Shown here: positions 9,674 through 18,140 of the stretch, piece after piece
Numbering within the stretch: position 1 is the first letter of the stretch
Layout: each line of letters starts with the position of its first letter
Origin: a virus
Lineage: Duplodnaviria; Caudoviricetes
IMG/VR virus record: IMGVR_UViG_3300020045_006425
Coordinates: 1-29,347 of that record
Length of the DNA stretch: 29,347 bases
Reading direction: 5' to 3' (one strand)
Notes under the pieces: generated by a model
Databases searched by the model: none
Told to the model about the DNA's origin: nothing
The model's input: the letters and a program-made list of their open reading frames with translations, nothing else
Translations under genes and position numbers: made by a program

Positions 9674-9837
9674 AATTTGGAATAGATTTAACGCAACCCT
9701 CAACCTTGCGTGGTTTAGTTTGGGCGATAACTGGCTTTATTGGCGTGGTTATGGTCGCATTTGGTAAAGACCCGAGCCAGTTAGTAGTGCTTGCAATGGG
9801 CGTAGCGGGCGGTTTGGGCGTGGCGGTCAAAGACTAA
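9670..9837 (+). CDS. Putative two-TM holin, 55 aa (below the ORF-track cutoff)
   Basis: MKFGIDLTQPSTLRGLVWAITGFIGVVMVAFGKDPSQLVVLAMGVAGGLGVAVKD: PSTxRG motif and two hydrophobic helices, with ATGA and TAATG overlaps. Confidence 0.7.
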   Translation: MKFGIDLTQPSTLRGLVWAITGFIGVVMVAFGKDPSQLVVLAMGVAGGLGVAVKD

Positions 9838-10070
9838 TGACCGCACTAAATAGAGCAGAGCTGAAAGAAGTTCTAACCGAGATATTCGAGGAACGGGCGC
9901 GAGTAGACAACGAAGACCATGCCGAACACCACCAATGGATACAAGAGCGAATTAAGGCGGAGCAGGACAGGCGCGAGATGTACCGGGAAGTCACCAAAGT
10001 TGTCATTCAATATTCAATCCCGGTCATGCTGGCTGGGGCTTATTACTGGTTTCAAGGGCATTGGAAATGA
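9837..10070 (+). CDS. Small membrane protein in lysis cassette
   Basis: Charged helical N-terminus and a C-terminal hydrophobic helix (VVIQYSIPVMLAGAYYWF). Confidence 0.6.
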   Translation: MTALNRAELKEVLTEIFEERARVDNEDHAEHHQWIQERIKAEQDRREMYREVTKVVIQYSIPVMLAGAYYWFQGHWK

Positions 10071-10363
10071 CTACAGCCCACTTTCAACCTTTAACATGGC
10101 TTTGCTGGTGGCGCTTAACCGGTTGGATGGTGGGGATTCTGCGAGTCTATGCACCAGGCGACAGTTACGCAGCATCATCAAAATATAAATTCATCACCGT
10201 CGGCGTTATCCGGCATCACGTCGTGACCATTCACGGCATGAGGTCAAGTGGCATCCGCTGGCGTGACGTTAAAGCTCTGGACAAGGTTTTGTTCAGACTA
10301 GGCATAAAACAGGCCGTGTGGACACATGACGGCGTGACACAAAACTATACTTTGAGAGGTTGA
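10067..10363 (+). CDS. Hypothetical protein
   Basis: ATG at 10067 overlaps the previous stop (ATGA); 98 aa with no motif I recognise. Confidence 0.5.
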   Translation: MTTAHFQPLTWLCWWRLTGWMVGILRVYAPGDSYAASSKYKFITVGVIRHHVVTIHGMRSSGIRWRDVKALDKVLFRLGIKQAVWTHDGVTQNYTLRG

Positions 10364-10364
10364 T

Positions 10365-10541
10365 ATGCAATTCGACAGCAATACGTTTGAGCATGATTAC
10401 ATAATCCAGATATTAACGCAGTTTATCGATGAGGCGCACACCAAAGAACAGCAGGCGGCTGTTATCGATAAATATGCTGGTCAGCTTACCGCATTTATGA
10501 ATGGGAAAATTATGCAGGCTATGGAAAGCGACTGTGATTAA
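10365..10541 (+). CDS. Hypothetical protein, 58 aa (not in ORF track)
   Basis: MQFDSNTFEHDYIIQILTQF...ESDCD; GAGG RBS upstream; fills the gap in the operon. Confidence 0.55.
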   Translation: MQFDSNTFEHDYIIQILTQFIDEAHTKEQQAAVIDKYAGQLTAFMNGKIMQAMESDCD

Positions 10542-10635
10542 AAAATGGCTTGCTAATATCATTCTATGGGCAATTTACACGCCATTTATCCTACTGTTTT
10601 ACGTAAAAATACCTCAACTATTTGGTAAAAAATAA
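10534..10635 (+). CDS. 33-aa single-TM peptide upstream of endolysin
   Basis: (V/M)IKKWLANIILWAIYTPFILLFYVKIPQLFGKK; its stop overlaps the lysozyme ATG (TAATG). Confidence 0.45.
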   Translation: MIKKWLANIILWAIYTPFILLFYVKIPQLFGKK

Positions 10636-11078
10636 TGAGCACACTGGAAAAACTGGTTGAGCTGCTAATCAAATTCGAGGGGATGCGGCTTACTGCGTAC
10701 CAATGCCCGGCGGGAATCTGGACTATTGGCGCAGGCATTACGGGAAGTGACGTGGTTCGAGGCTTGGTATGGACGCGAGACTATGCGTTAGAGCGACTCA
10801 AAAAACGCGCTCAACAGTCTATCGATGAATTGCTGATTATGTCGCCGTCACTTATAAACGAGTCGGTCAATCGTCAGGCGGCACTGGCTTCGTTTTGTTT
10901 TAACCTTGGCCGGGGCAGTTACCAGGCATCAACACTGAAAAAGTCGGTCGACGCTGGCAACTGGAAAGAGGCTAAAAAGCAGATTTTGCGCTGGGACAAG
11001 TGCAGGGTTGACGGTGAGTTGGTGGAGTTGGCTGGGCTGACCAAACGGCGATCAATCGAGTCTAAAATGTTGGTATAA
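10635..11078 (+). CDS. Endolysin, GH24 phage lysozyme
   Basis: Catalytic E-x8-C-x5-T pattern (FEGMRLTAYQCPAGIWTIG), plus ALASFCFNLG and GLTKRR..E. Confidence 0.92.
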   Translation: MSTLEKLVELLIKFEGMRLTAYQCPAGIWTIGAGITGSDVVRGLVWTRDYALERLKKRAQQSIDELLIMSPSLINESVNRQAALASFCFNLGRGSYQASTLKKSVDAGNWKEAKKQILRWDKCRVDGELVELAGLTKRRSIESKMLV

Positions 11079-11236
11079 AAACAGACATTCATGTGGTGAT
11101 ATGTCGAATTATACGCAACTTAATGTATTTTATTTCTTGAATCCTGTAGACTGCGTGGCCTTGCCGGGGGCATAATGCCCCCTTTAAGTAGTTGTTTTAT
11201 AATTACGTTTTTTAAATACTGGATTAAAAGCTGGCA
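11079..11236. other. Probable attP region between convergent lysis and integrase operons
   Basis: AT-rich non-coding gap downstream of the int operon with no host genes; contains the inverted repeat GGGGGCA-TAA-TGCCCCC (11166-11182). Confidence 0.5.
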
Positions 11237-11461
11237 TTAAGTTACTTTTTTCCACTCCCTCATGGATAAGGTTGTACTTCCTGATTCTTTATCATAGGTT
11301 CCTTTGCTGCCATAGTCCCACTTGCATAAGAATTTTTCATCTCCTATTGCTGTTATTAAAATCCTGCTCGGCCCATAGCCTTCATCACCTTCAAGAATGT
11401 CGCCAATCCCCCACCCGTTTAATTCGAGCGTTTCTTTTTCTGTTTTGCCTCTTATCATCAC
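11237..11461 (-). CDS. Hypothetical protein coupled to integrase
   Basis: 74-aa ORF whose start overlaps the int stop codon. Confidence 0.6.
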   Translation of the reverse strand: MMIRGKTEKETLELNGWGIGDILEGDEGYGPSRILITAIGDEKFLCKWDYGSKGTYDKESGSTTLSMREWKKVT

Positions 11462-12597
11462 TTAACTCCACTAAATAAATCTACAGCCTTGTTGCCAGCA
11501 TCGGGCTGACTGTCTGTTAAAAAACGCGCGTAGTGCTTTGCTGTCACTATCGCGCTACTATGCCCCATTTGTGTTGCTATCCAACTTAAATTTTCTCCGC
11601 TGGTAACAAGCCATGAAGCGTAAGAATGTCGCGTTTGGTATGGGTTTCGATACCTGATACCCGCTTTCAACAGCGACCTACGCCAAGCCCTCCATAATTG
11701 TTGATCCCCTGTAAAGGGCTTCCCGGTCATTTCATTAATAAAAATATGCTTACCGGATAAAAATGTATGCACCTTTTGACCTCCTAACGCTGATAATGCC
11801 GGAGCCAATAATTTAACCTCCCTTGTTCCGGCGTTTGTTTTGGTCGTTTCAACCTCCCTAGAGTCCTGAGTTTTGGCAAGATGCACCCACACCACGCCGC
11901 GTATAAAATCAATATCACCCCACTGTAACGCTATTAACTCGCTCGGCCTTAACCCTGTCCATAGTGCAAACTGCACTTGGTTTTTATATTGACCGGTCAG
12001 GGACAATAAAAGTTTTTCGGCTTCTTCACGGCTTAGCGGATCCACATGGTCATCTTTCGGCGGCTCGATGCGTTTATATCTAAAGTCCTTTATCGGATTA
12101 ATATCGATAAGCTCATCATCGACAGCGCCTTGCATGGCATCTTTGAGCGGCTGCACTAAGTTTCTGATCCGTTTATTGCCACAGGTCAGCTTGTCGCACC
12201 ACTCACGCAAGTCTCGCTTTTTAATATCGGATGCAGCCATTTCCCCAAAAGCCACCTTTAAAACTCCAATGGCCTTACGATAGCCGTTGTAAGTGCTGGC
12301 TTTGATATGCCGCTCCTTGCTGTCAAGCCATTTGTCCAGCAAGGCGCCAATCGATAGCACCTCGTTTTCAACTCGTAATTTAGCCGCACGCTTGCTTTTG
12401 GGAAACGTGACGGAGTAATCAAACGTCCCATTTTCGATTGCATAAATAATATCTGCCCTATGTTTCTCTACAATGCGACGGTTAGTGGCGCAGGGCTTGA
12501 GCTTAACCCTCTCACGACACCTTTCGCCGTGGAACGTGAACTCGATTTCGTAGGTTGTCGCCGTCGCCTCACGGACTCCGCTGCCGTCTCTAGCCAT
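11458..12597 (-). CDS. int: Tyrosine integrase with N-terminal arm-binding (DUF3596-like) domain
   Basis: Catalytic motifs WTGLRPSEL, TKT, YQTRHSYAS and QMGH...HY; N-terminal EIEFTFHGERCRE. Confidence 0.95.
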   Translation of the reverse strand: MARDGSGVREATATTYEIEFTFHGERCRERVKLKPCATNRRIVEKHRADIIYAIENGTFDYSVTFPKSKRAAKLRVENEVLSIGALLDKWLDSKERHIKASTYNGYRKAIGVLKVAFGEMAASDIKKRDLREWCDKLTCGNKRIRNLVQPLKDAMQGAVDDELIDINPIKDFRYKRIEPPKDDHVDPLSREEAEKLLLSLTGQYKNQVQFALWTGLRPSELIALQWGDIDFIRGVVWVHLAKTQDSREVETTKTNAGTREVKLLAPALSALGGQKVHTFLSGKHIFINEMTGKPFTGDQQLWRAWRRSLLKAGIRYRNPYQTRHSYASWLVTSGENLSWIATQMGHSSAIVTAKHYARFLTDSQPDAGNKAVDLFSGVK

Positions 12598-12761
12598 TTG
12601 TTGTACCCGGATTTACTGATTAGGATTGAGTGATTATCTAGTTTAAGCCAAACATCCCCTTCCGGCCAGTCCCCGCCAATCCCAACATGCCCGGCTACAA
12701 CGGCTTTACTCATCCCAGATTCGATGGAAAATTGATTTATGGGAACCCAGTCAACTGACAT
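12468..12761 (-). CDS. Excisionase-like protein overlapping the integrase 5' end
   Basis: Small ORF immediately upstream of int with WPEGDVWLK...ILISKSGYNKW; overlaps int by 130 nt. Confidence 0.6.
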   Translation of the reverse strand: MSVDWVPINQFSIESGMSKAVVAGHVGIGGDWPEGDVWLKLDNHSILISKSGYNKWLETAAESVRRRRQPTKSSSRSTAKGVVRGLSSSPAPLTVAL

Positions 12762-13116
12762 TTTTCACCACCTCCGCTGTAATTTCTCCGGTTAATCCTG
12801 ATTTTGTGAATCTTACCTCAACCCTTTGATTTAGCTTCTGAAGGTGTATAACAATATTGTCCATTTCATCATCCTCAACAATTTTGTAATCGTAATTATA
12901 TGACCATGCCGGTTCTACTTCGCAAATAACCCAAAGCTGGCATGACATGTACTTATGCTTACGTGCTATCCGCTTTCCAGTAGCGTGAGCCGCTTTGAGT
13001 TCGTCGTATTCATCCGGCTTTTCAAGCTCCGCTATTTCGCTTTTAACCTGCTCTAACAGCTTTCGCAGGTAAATTGCTTGTGTATGCAGATGTGTTAATT
13101 CTTCTTCTTTGTTCAT
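12751..13116 (-). CDS. Hypothetical protein
   Basis: 121-aa ORF in a tightly packed leftward operon. Confidence 0.6.
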   Translation of the reverse strand: MNKEEELTHLHTQAIYLRKLLEQVKSEIAELEKPDEYDELKAAHATGKRIARKHKYMSCQLWVICEVEPAWSYNYDYKIVEDDEMDNIVIHLQKLNQRVEVRFTKSGLTGEITAEVVKNVS

Positions 13117-13123
13117 GTCATGC

Positions 13124-13468
13124 TCATTTAGGTAGTCGTTGTTTTGAGCGTCTAAACGCTTCGGGGTTGGCCTTTTGCCATTTTATGCAGCGGGCAACGT
13201 GTTTTGCAGGATTAGCAGCGTAGGCCAGCCGGTCACGCAGCCTTTTACACTCCTTACACTCTGAGCTAACGCCTCGATTGCGATCATTTGCCTTGTGAAA
13301 CATATCCAGAGATTTAACTTCAAGGCATCTATAGCAGCGTTGCAGCTTCTCATCTTCTTCGTCTGCGTCAGGCTCCAGGCGTATTGCCACTGTTACTGAT
13401 GCACCTGATTTAACAAACCTTGGCGCTTTCCTGGCATTGGTTAAAAACGACAGCTCATCTGGGCGCAT
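13124..13468 (-). CDS. Zinc-finger protein (CxxC...CxxC)
   Basis: CYRC..K....F...CKEC resembles the N-terminal zinc module of phage HNH/EndoVII proteins; no catalytic domain follows. Confidence 0.6.
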   Translation of the reverse strand: MRPDELSFLTNARKAPRFVKSGASVTVAIRLEPDADEEDEKLQRCYRCLEVKSLDMFHKANDRNRGVSSECKECKRLRDRLAYAANPAKHVARCIKWQKANPEAFRRSKQRLPK

Positions 13469-13940
13469 AATCCCCCCTATTAAATTGCAACATCAAGTTT
13501 GTTGATGGGTTAAAAACAAACGGCTTGGTATCAACGTCACGGTCAGCGGTTTGGCGGGTGCGTTGCCTTCCATTCACGATCGAGTTAATATCAATTTTCC
13601 TGATTAAATCAGCGTCCCATAATTCAATATGGTTTCCGTCGGTCATAGGCATAAAAACCCGATGCGGTTTCGGAAACGAATCAAGCAAAGTTATTTTGTT
13701 GAGCCTAAACCGGCTTATGCCTAAGTGACGGCAAATGTCGCGCCGGCTCCATTCATTCGCCTTGGCCGGGGTCATCTTAATAAGCAGCTTAGCCGCTAAT
13801 ACGTCGAGTTCGGCGCGGGAATAAAGAGCAGGCAGGTTGCCGCGACGGGTCGATTTAACTTCGGCTTTTTTCAGCATCTTTCGTGCAAATTCGACTTTGA
13901 ACCCGGTTAGCTGCATAAAATAATCAATGGTTCTCATCAT
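13455..13940 (-). CDS. AlpA-like HTH DNA-binding protein
   Basis: WSRRDICRHLGISRFRL...FPKP...W pattern. Confidence 0.55.
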   Translation of the reverse strand: MMRTIDYFMQLTGFKVEFARKMLKKAEVKSTRRGNLPALYSRAELDVLAAKLLIKMTPAKANEWSRRDICRHLGISRFRLNKITLLDSFPKPHRVFMPMTDGNHIELWDADLIRKIDINSIVNGRQRTRQTADRDVDTKPFVFNPSTNLMLQFNRGDYAPR

Positions 13941-14100
13941 TTTTACTGCCCTTCATTAAGTTTTTGGTTGAGTCCAGTACAGCTATAAGAGCCTGGGCAT
14001 AGCCTTCTTTTATGCCGTCCTGATAAACCGCTCTAACCACATTATTGCCTGACAAATTCAGGTTTCGGTATGCCTCGCATTGTTCGTCGGTTAGTTTCAT
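13924..14100 (-). CDS. Hypothetical protein, 58 aa (not in ORF track)
   Basis: MKLTDEQCEAYRNLNLSGNNVVRAVYQDG...; GAGGT RBS upstream; fills the gap. Confidence 0.55.
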   Translation of the reverse strand: MKLTDEQCEAYRNLNLSGNNVVRAVYQDGIKEGYAQALIAVLDSTKNLMKGSKNDENH

Positions 14101-14111
14101 TTTATGACCTC

Positions 14112-15698
14112 TTAAAATGGGCAGTCTTTTAGTAAAAAATCTGCTTCTGCCAGGCTATAACCAGGCCAAGCATCAACGCCATGCGACTCAAGATATTCCA
14201 GCCAATCAACGCGTTTTTTCATTTCCTCAAATTCAGCCTTGGGGATAGTGACCATTTCAATTTTTGGTGCGCATGGCGTTTGTGCTCGTTCCGATTTAGA
14301 CGCATAATCACCGGCGTTATAAGGTTTTACGGTAACTTCGGCGTGTTTTACTTCGGCTTGCTCGGCTTCTGCCTTGCGCTTGGCTTCTGCTTCAATTTGC
14401 AGGCGCTGGGCATCCACCTTTTCTGACTCAGCTTTAATATGCGCGTCTATCCTGCTTGATACGAGATTGCTTAAGTCGTCATAATCCTTGTAAATAATCT
14501 GATTTAGGTCGCTGAATAAAAACCGATATGGCGCGTTTCCGGCCATTAAGCTCAGGTTTGATCTTATTGACCTCGCCACCGAATCAGCCTCGATTTTAAC
14601 CCTGGCGAGTTCGGCATCAACACCATCCTGAATAGCCGATAGAAGGCGCTTATTCTTCATGGCTTCCGGGAAGTTTGGCAACAAGGTAATTAACCGAATC
14701 GGACGGATTTCTGTTTCAAGTTGACTACAATGCTCAGCAAAAGCAATCTTTGCAGCGCCCATAATCGCCATCTTTCGCGCTTCTTTTTGCGTTTTAACGG
14801 CTTTTTCCTGGCTTAGTGCCAAGGCATTAAACTTGGCGGCGTATTGCTCAAGTTCTCGCGTCACTTCGCTAATTGTCGCAGTTTGGTCAATCACTCCTTT
14901 AGCCGTTGCAATGCAGCGTTTTGCCGCATCACGGCCTATTTTGCTTTCAGCCTCGGCCTGGGCGAAATCATTATCAGTAACCAAATTAACTGTCGCTTCC
15001 GCTAAAAACTTGTCGAATACGGGCCGCATATCGGCAATGTTGCACAGCGTTAATTCGCTTTTTACCTGCACTATGACGGTGGGTAAATCAATAATGGCCT
15101 CGGCTTTTTGCGCCTCTACGATTACAGCCGGAACATAATTAATCAAATCGGCTTGGAATTGCACCCATCCAGAAACTAACTCATCAAATGCGAGTTTGTC
15201 GGGGAAAACGGTCATGCTCACGGTTTTTTCAGTTGTGCCGTCTGAGCAAGTAAAAATAAGCTTTTCAGCACCGGTAACATATAAAACTTGCTGACATTGC
15301 GGCCAATGATGCTCCGGCAGTTCGTTGTTTTGCACTGATTCGAACAGCTTAGCGTTATATTGTTTACACTCCCATGCAATTGACTCATCCATTGTTAGGC
15401 CGTCGCATGATGCCGACAGGTAGCCGCGCGATACTGTTACCGGGTAGAGTTCATCGTCAATAATTGATTCTACAATTGGACGCGCCAGCGCTTCAACAGC
15501 GTGGCCTTTATCAAAAATGCGCTGGGTAAAATCATCAACCTCTTTTGCTATGCCGGTTGATTTCAGTCGCAACAATTCCGATCTTGTTGTATACGGCGAC
15601 AAGTTCAGCATTGCTGATGCTTCGCTTGCTCCGCCGTGTTCAGCTCTGAATGAGTGCCAATCGCTTGAGCCTTGCGTCAATTCGTGATGTTTTCTCAT
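14112..15698 (-). CDS. YqaJ / lambda-exonuclease-family nuclease with long coiled-coil C-terminus
   Basis: QGSSDW..FR, ASEAS, GHAVE, SASCDG, WECK and QCQQVL motifs; directly downstream of bet. Confidence 0.9.
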   Translation of the reverse strand: MRKHHELTQGSSDWHSFRAEHGGASEASAMLNLSPYTTRSELLRLKSTGIAKEVDDFTQRIFDKGHAVEALARPIVESIIDDELYPVTVSRGYLSASCDGLTMDESIAWECKQYNAKLFESVQNNELPEHHWPQCQQVLYVTGAEKLIFTCSDGTTEKTVSMTVFPDKLAFDELVSGWVQFQADLINYVPAVIVEAQKAEAIIDLPTVIVQVKSELTLCNIADMRPVFDKFLAEATVNLVTDNDFAQAEAESKIGRDAAKRCIATAKGVIDQTATISEVTRELEQYAAKFNALALSQEKAVKTQKEARKMAIMGAAKIAFAEHCSQLETEIRPIRLITLLPNFPEAMKNKRLLSAIQDGVDAELARVKIEADSVARSIRSNLSLMAGNAPYRFLFSDLNQIIYKDYDDLSNLVSSRIDAHIKAESEKVDAQRLQIEAEAKRKAEAEQAEVKHAEVTVKPYNAGDYASKSERAQTPCAPKIEMVTIPKAEFEEMKKRVDWLEYLESHGVDAWPGYSLAEADFLLKDCPF

Positions 15699-16531
15699 GC
15701 TACATTCTCCAATAATTCGCCTTCAATAACCTGCTTCCAGCTTAAAATTTCAGTCTTTTGGGCTTCTGTGAACAGATATTTTGTTTGAACCATTTTGATT
15801 ATCTCATCGCCTGTTTTCTTTCCGGATTCGATTAATTTCAACCACGAAACCGATTTTTCTTCAAAGTTTTCATCACTGCAAAAATCTAGCTGCTTTGGTT
15901 CTGTTTTTGTGGGTGTTGGGTTAATTTCACGCTCGCCTTCTTCGTATTTACCCTCCATTTCATCGGCGGTAGGCTGCGATCCAATTTCCGGAAAAGCCTT
16001 TCTTAATGCTTGTGCCTCCGCGCATTTTGCAATCTGCCCATAAGGACGTTTCAGCCACATAGCATTCGGCGCTATGCTTTTTTCCTGTCCGCCCTTAACC
16101 GCGTAGTTTTCTTTCCAGTATTCCGTTGCCGAATACTCGGCTATTTGGCCGTTAATCATCAGCCTTTTCACCGTTACTTTGCACCATTTTGGATAACTGA
16201 ACTGACACCCGCTTAAGGTTTCAACAACATCATCACCAAATTCAGGCTCACCAACTCCCGCATATTGCCCTGACCTTGACGCCTGGATTCGATACAGACC
16301 GATTCCCGGCATAATAACGTCGCGCATAGCTTTAGCTTTGCTGTCCCAAATTGGCACGATATGACAAGGTTTCTGCATCGGATCAAGGCCGGAAGCCTTG
16401 CAGTATCCCAAAGCCATCTTAATAGACTCGTCCTGTGCGCCGGGATAAAGCGAGTTTTTCAAACCCTGCATTAATTCAGGTTCAGTTATCGATAATCCAG
16501 ATTCTTTTTTTACTGATAATTCAGCGCTCAT
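15695..16531 (-). CDS. bet: Phage single-strand annealing protein Bet (RecT/Redbeta family)
   Basis: YCKASGLDPMQKP, GIGLYRIQA.RSG.YAG and W.KRP..QIAKCAEAQALRKAFP motifs. Confidence 0.92.
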   Translation of the reverse strand: MSAELSVKKESGLSITEPELMQGLKNSLYPGAQDESIKMALGYCKASGLDPMQKPCHIVPIWDSKAKAMRDVIMPGIGLYRIQASRSGQYAGVGEPEFGDDVVETLSGCQFSYPKWCKVTVKRLMINGQIAEYSATEYWKENYAVKGGQEKSIAPNAMWLKRPYGQIAKCAEAQALRKAFPEIGSQPTADEMEGKYEEGEREINPTPTKTEPKQLDFCSDENFEEKSVSWLKLIESGKKTGDEIIKMVQTKYLFTEAQKTEILSWKQVIEGELLENVA

Positions 16532-16665
16532 TTTCTAACTCCTATCTGTTGTGACCGTCCATCTTTCCTGTAAATGGCAAATTTTGCTTGTGGTAGATAC
16601 GTGTCCACTGTCCAGCCGTCCAGCTCAAGCCGGTGACATTCTTCGGTAAATTGTTTTATGCTCAT
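16528..16665 (-). CDS. Hypothetical protein, 45 aa (not in ORF track)
   Basis: MSIKQFTEECHRLELDGWTV...; AAGGGGG RBS; its stop overlaps the bet ATG. Confidence 0.55.
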   Translation of the reverse strand: MSIKQFTEECHRLELDGWTVDTYLPQAKFAIYRKDGRSQQIGVRK

Positions 16666-16922
16666 AAATCCCCCTTAAAATTAGTGAATCTACGAATCTC
16701 ACGTAGGGCAGTTTGAATCGCAAGAGAGGTGCGATTAACTGCTAATTTTGCTCGGTATTTGTTGCCAGTTCCGTTCCTGGCCTGAAATATGCCCTCTAAG
16801 GCTATAATCAGCGTGGAATAATCGTTAGATAGGATTACGAGAGAACTCTAACATTAAACATCTGGCGTTTTTCCGAATCACCAGTAACCGCTCCATATAT
16901 CCCCTGGAATGGGTTAGAAATG

Positions 16923-17159
16923 TTATTTATTCAATGCCTTAATAAGCGCGTCAGCCTGTTTTGTTGCTTCGTCGGCAACATTTTCAAATGTGAGTGAATT
17001 TCTACCGACATTAACAAGCAATCCCTGCATAGCCACCGCCGAAAACAACTCGCGCTTGGTTAATCCGCCGCCAGCATAGCCAAACTGATTATTTGATGCA
17101 AAGCCGTCAACGGTGCATGGTTGCGGAAAGGCCGCGTCATTTTTATCGACTACCATCAC
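16923..17159 (-). CDS. Conserved-looking phage hypothetical protein
   Basis: AFP...GLTKRELFSAVAMQGLL...A...ADALIKAL is a pattern common in phage early regions. Confidence 0.75.
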   Translation of the reverse strand: MMVVDKNDAAFPQPCTVDGFASNNQFGYAGGGLTKRELFSAVAMQGLLVNVGRNSLTFENVADEATKQADALIKALNK

Positions 17160-17422
17160 TCGACCTCCATATCGTCAAAAATCAGTCCAGAGCCTTGCTT
17201 GTGCATGTAATCCGCAGCATCCGGCGAGATAGCCAAATTTTGCACCAGCTCAAGGCGCAGCGTGTTGACTTCATCAGTGCTGGCAGATGCTATTTTTATC
17301 GTAGCAATTATGAAAAATATCGTGATAGCGGTTAGTGTTGCTATGAGCAGTTTTATTGCCAGTGCATCGGCTTTAACTCCTGCATCAACTTCTCGCATGT
17401 GTGGTGCGTAGTCTTTAATCAT
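17156..17422 (-). CDS. Single-TM membrane protein
   Basis: Hydrophobic LLIATLTAITIFFIIATI; GGAG RBS. Confidence 0.65.
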   Translation of the reverse strand: MIKDYAPHMREVDAGVKADALAIKLLIATLTAITIFFIIATIKIASASTDEVNTLRLELVQNLAISPDAADYMHKQGSGLIFDDMEVE

Positions 17423-17435
17423 TGTTATCTCCGGG

Positions 17436-17660
17436 TTATTTGCGCTTAGCTACATTGCGAGCCGTGCGTGATGCCCTTACATTAGCCATGTGAGCAGGCG
17501 TTTTATTTCTCGCAGTCTTGCCAGACTTGCCGCGTGACCTGTAAACCCCAATCCCTGCTAAATTATTTTGAGTTTCGACTACATTAAACGCTGTTGCTCT
17601 AGCGTTTATTGCCATTATTGCGGACATTATTGCTAATGATCTGCTAAAAGCTTTTGCCAT
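17436..17660 (-). CDS. Small basic protein
   Basis: Arg/Lys-rich C-terminus (YRSRGKSGK...RNVAKRK); GGAG RBS. Confidence 0.65.
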   Translation of the reverse strand: MAKAFSRSLAIMSAIMAINARATAFNVVETQNNLAGIGVYRSRGKSGKTARNKTPAHMANVRASRTARNVAKRK

Positions 17661-17713
17661 TTTTTTATTCTCCAGTGGTTATTTTGTGCAAAACCATCGA
17701 TTAATGATCTTCC

Positions 17714-17738
17714 AAAAAACCCGCTCATCACAAGCGGT
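17714..17738 (-). terminator. Intrinsic terminator after the first PL gene (tL1-like)
   Basis: Minus strand reads CCGCTT-GTGAT-GAGCGG-G-TTTTTT. Confidence 0.6.
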
Positions 17739-17798
17739 AGAGGATTTACAAAGTAGCGCATCTTCTTTGTACAAATCCCTCGTCCATGAGGGATATAG

Positions 17799-18140
17799 CT
17801 ATACTTCTATCGAAATATTTAGTTTTGCAGCTATTGAGATAAATAATTCTCTATTTAGTACATCTTGCAGGGCATCGCCGTCATTGGTCACAGCGGCCAG
17901 TACCACATCAGCCGTTTGATCTTTGACGTATTGCAGGGCATAGCCGTCATTGGTCACAGCGGCCAGTACCACATCAGCCGTTTGATCTTTGACGTATTGC
18001 AGGGCATAGCCGTTACGGGTCACAGCGGCCAGTACCACATCAGCCGTTTGATCTTTGACGTATTGCAGGGCATTGCCGTCATTGGCCACAGCGGCCATGG
18101 CTGCATCTAAAGTCAAAATTGCTCGGTATTTAATTTTCAT
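17799..18140 (-). CDS. DUF4116-like repeat protein
   Basis: 22-aa repeats (G-x-ALQYVKDQTADVVLAAVTxx); AGGA RBS. Confidence 0.8.
   Translation of the reverse strand: MKIKYRAILTLDAAMAAVANDGNALQYVKDQTADVVLAAVTRNGYALQYVKDQTADVVLAAVTNDGYALQYVKDQTADVVLAAVTNDGDALQDVLNRELFISIAAKLNISIEV
17865..18096. repeat. About 3.5 tandem 66-bp coding repeats
   Basis: TTGCAGGGCA recurs at 17865, 17931, 17997 and 18063. Confidence 0.95.

Noticed and set aside
17865-18096. 66-bp periodic repeats as a CRISPR mini-array
   Set aside because: The units are contiguous with no unique spacers, and they preserve a 22-aa reading frame.
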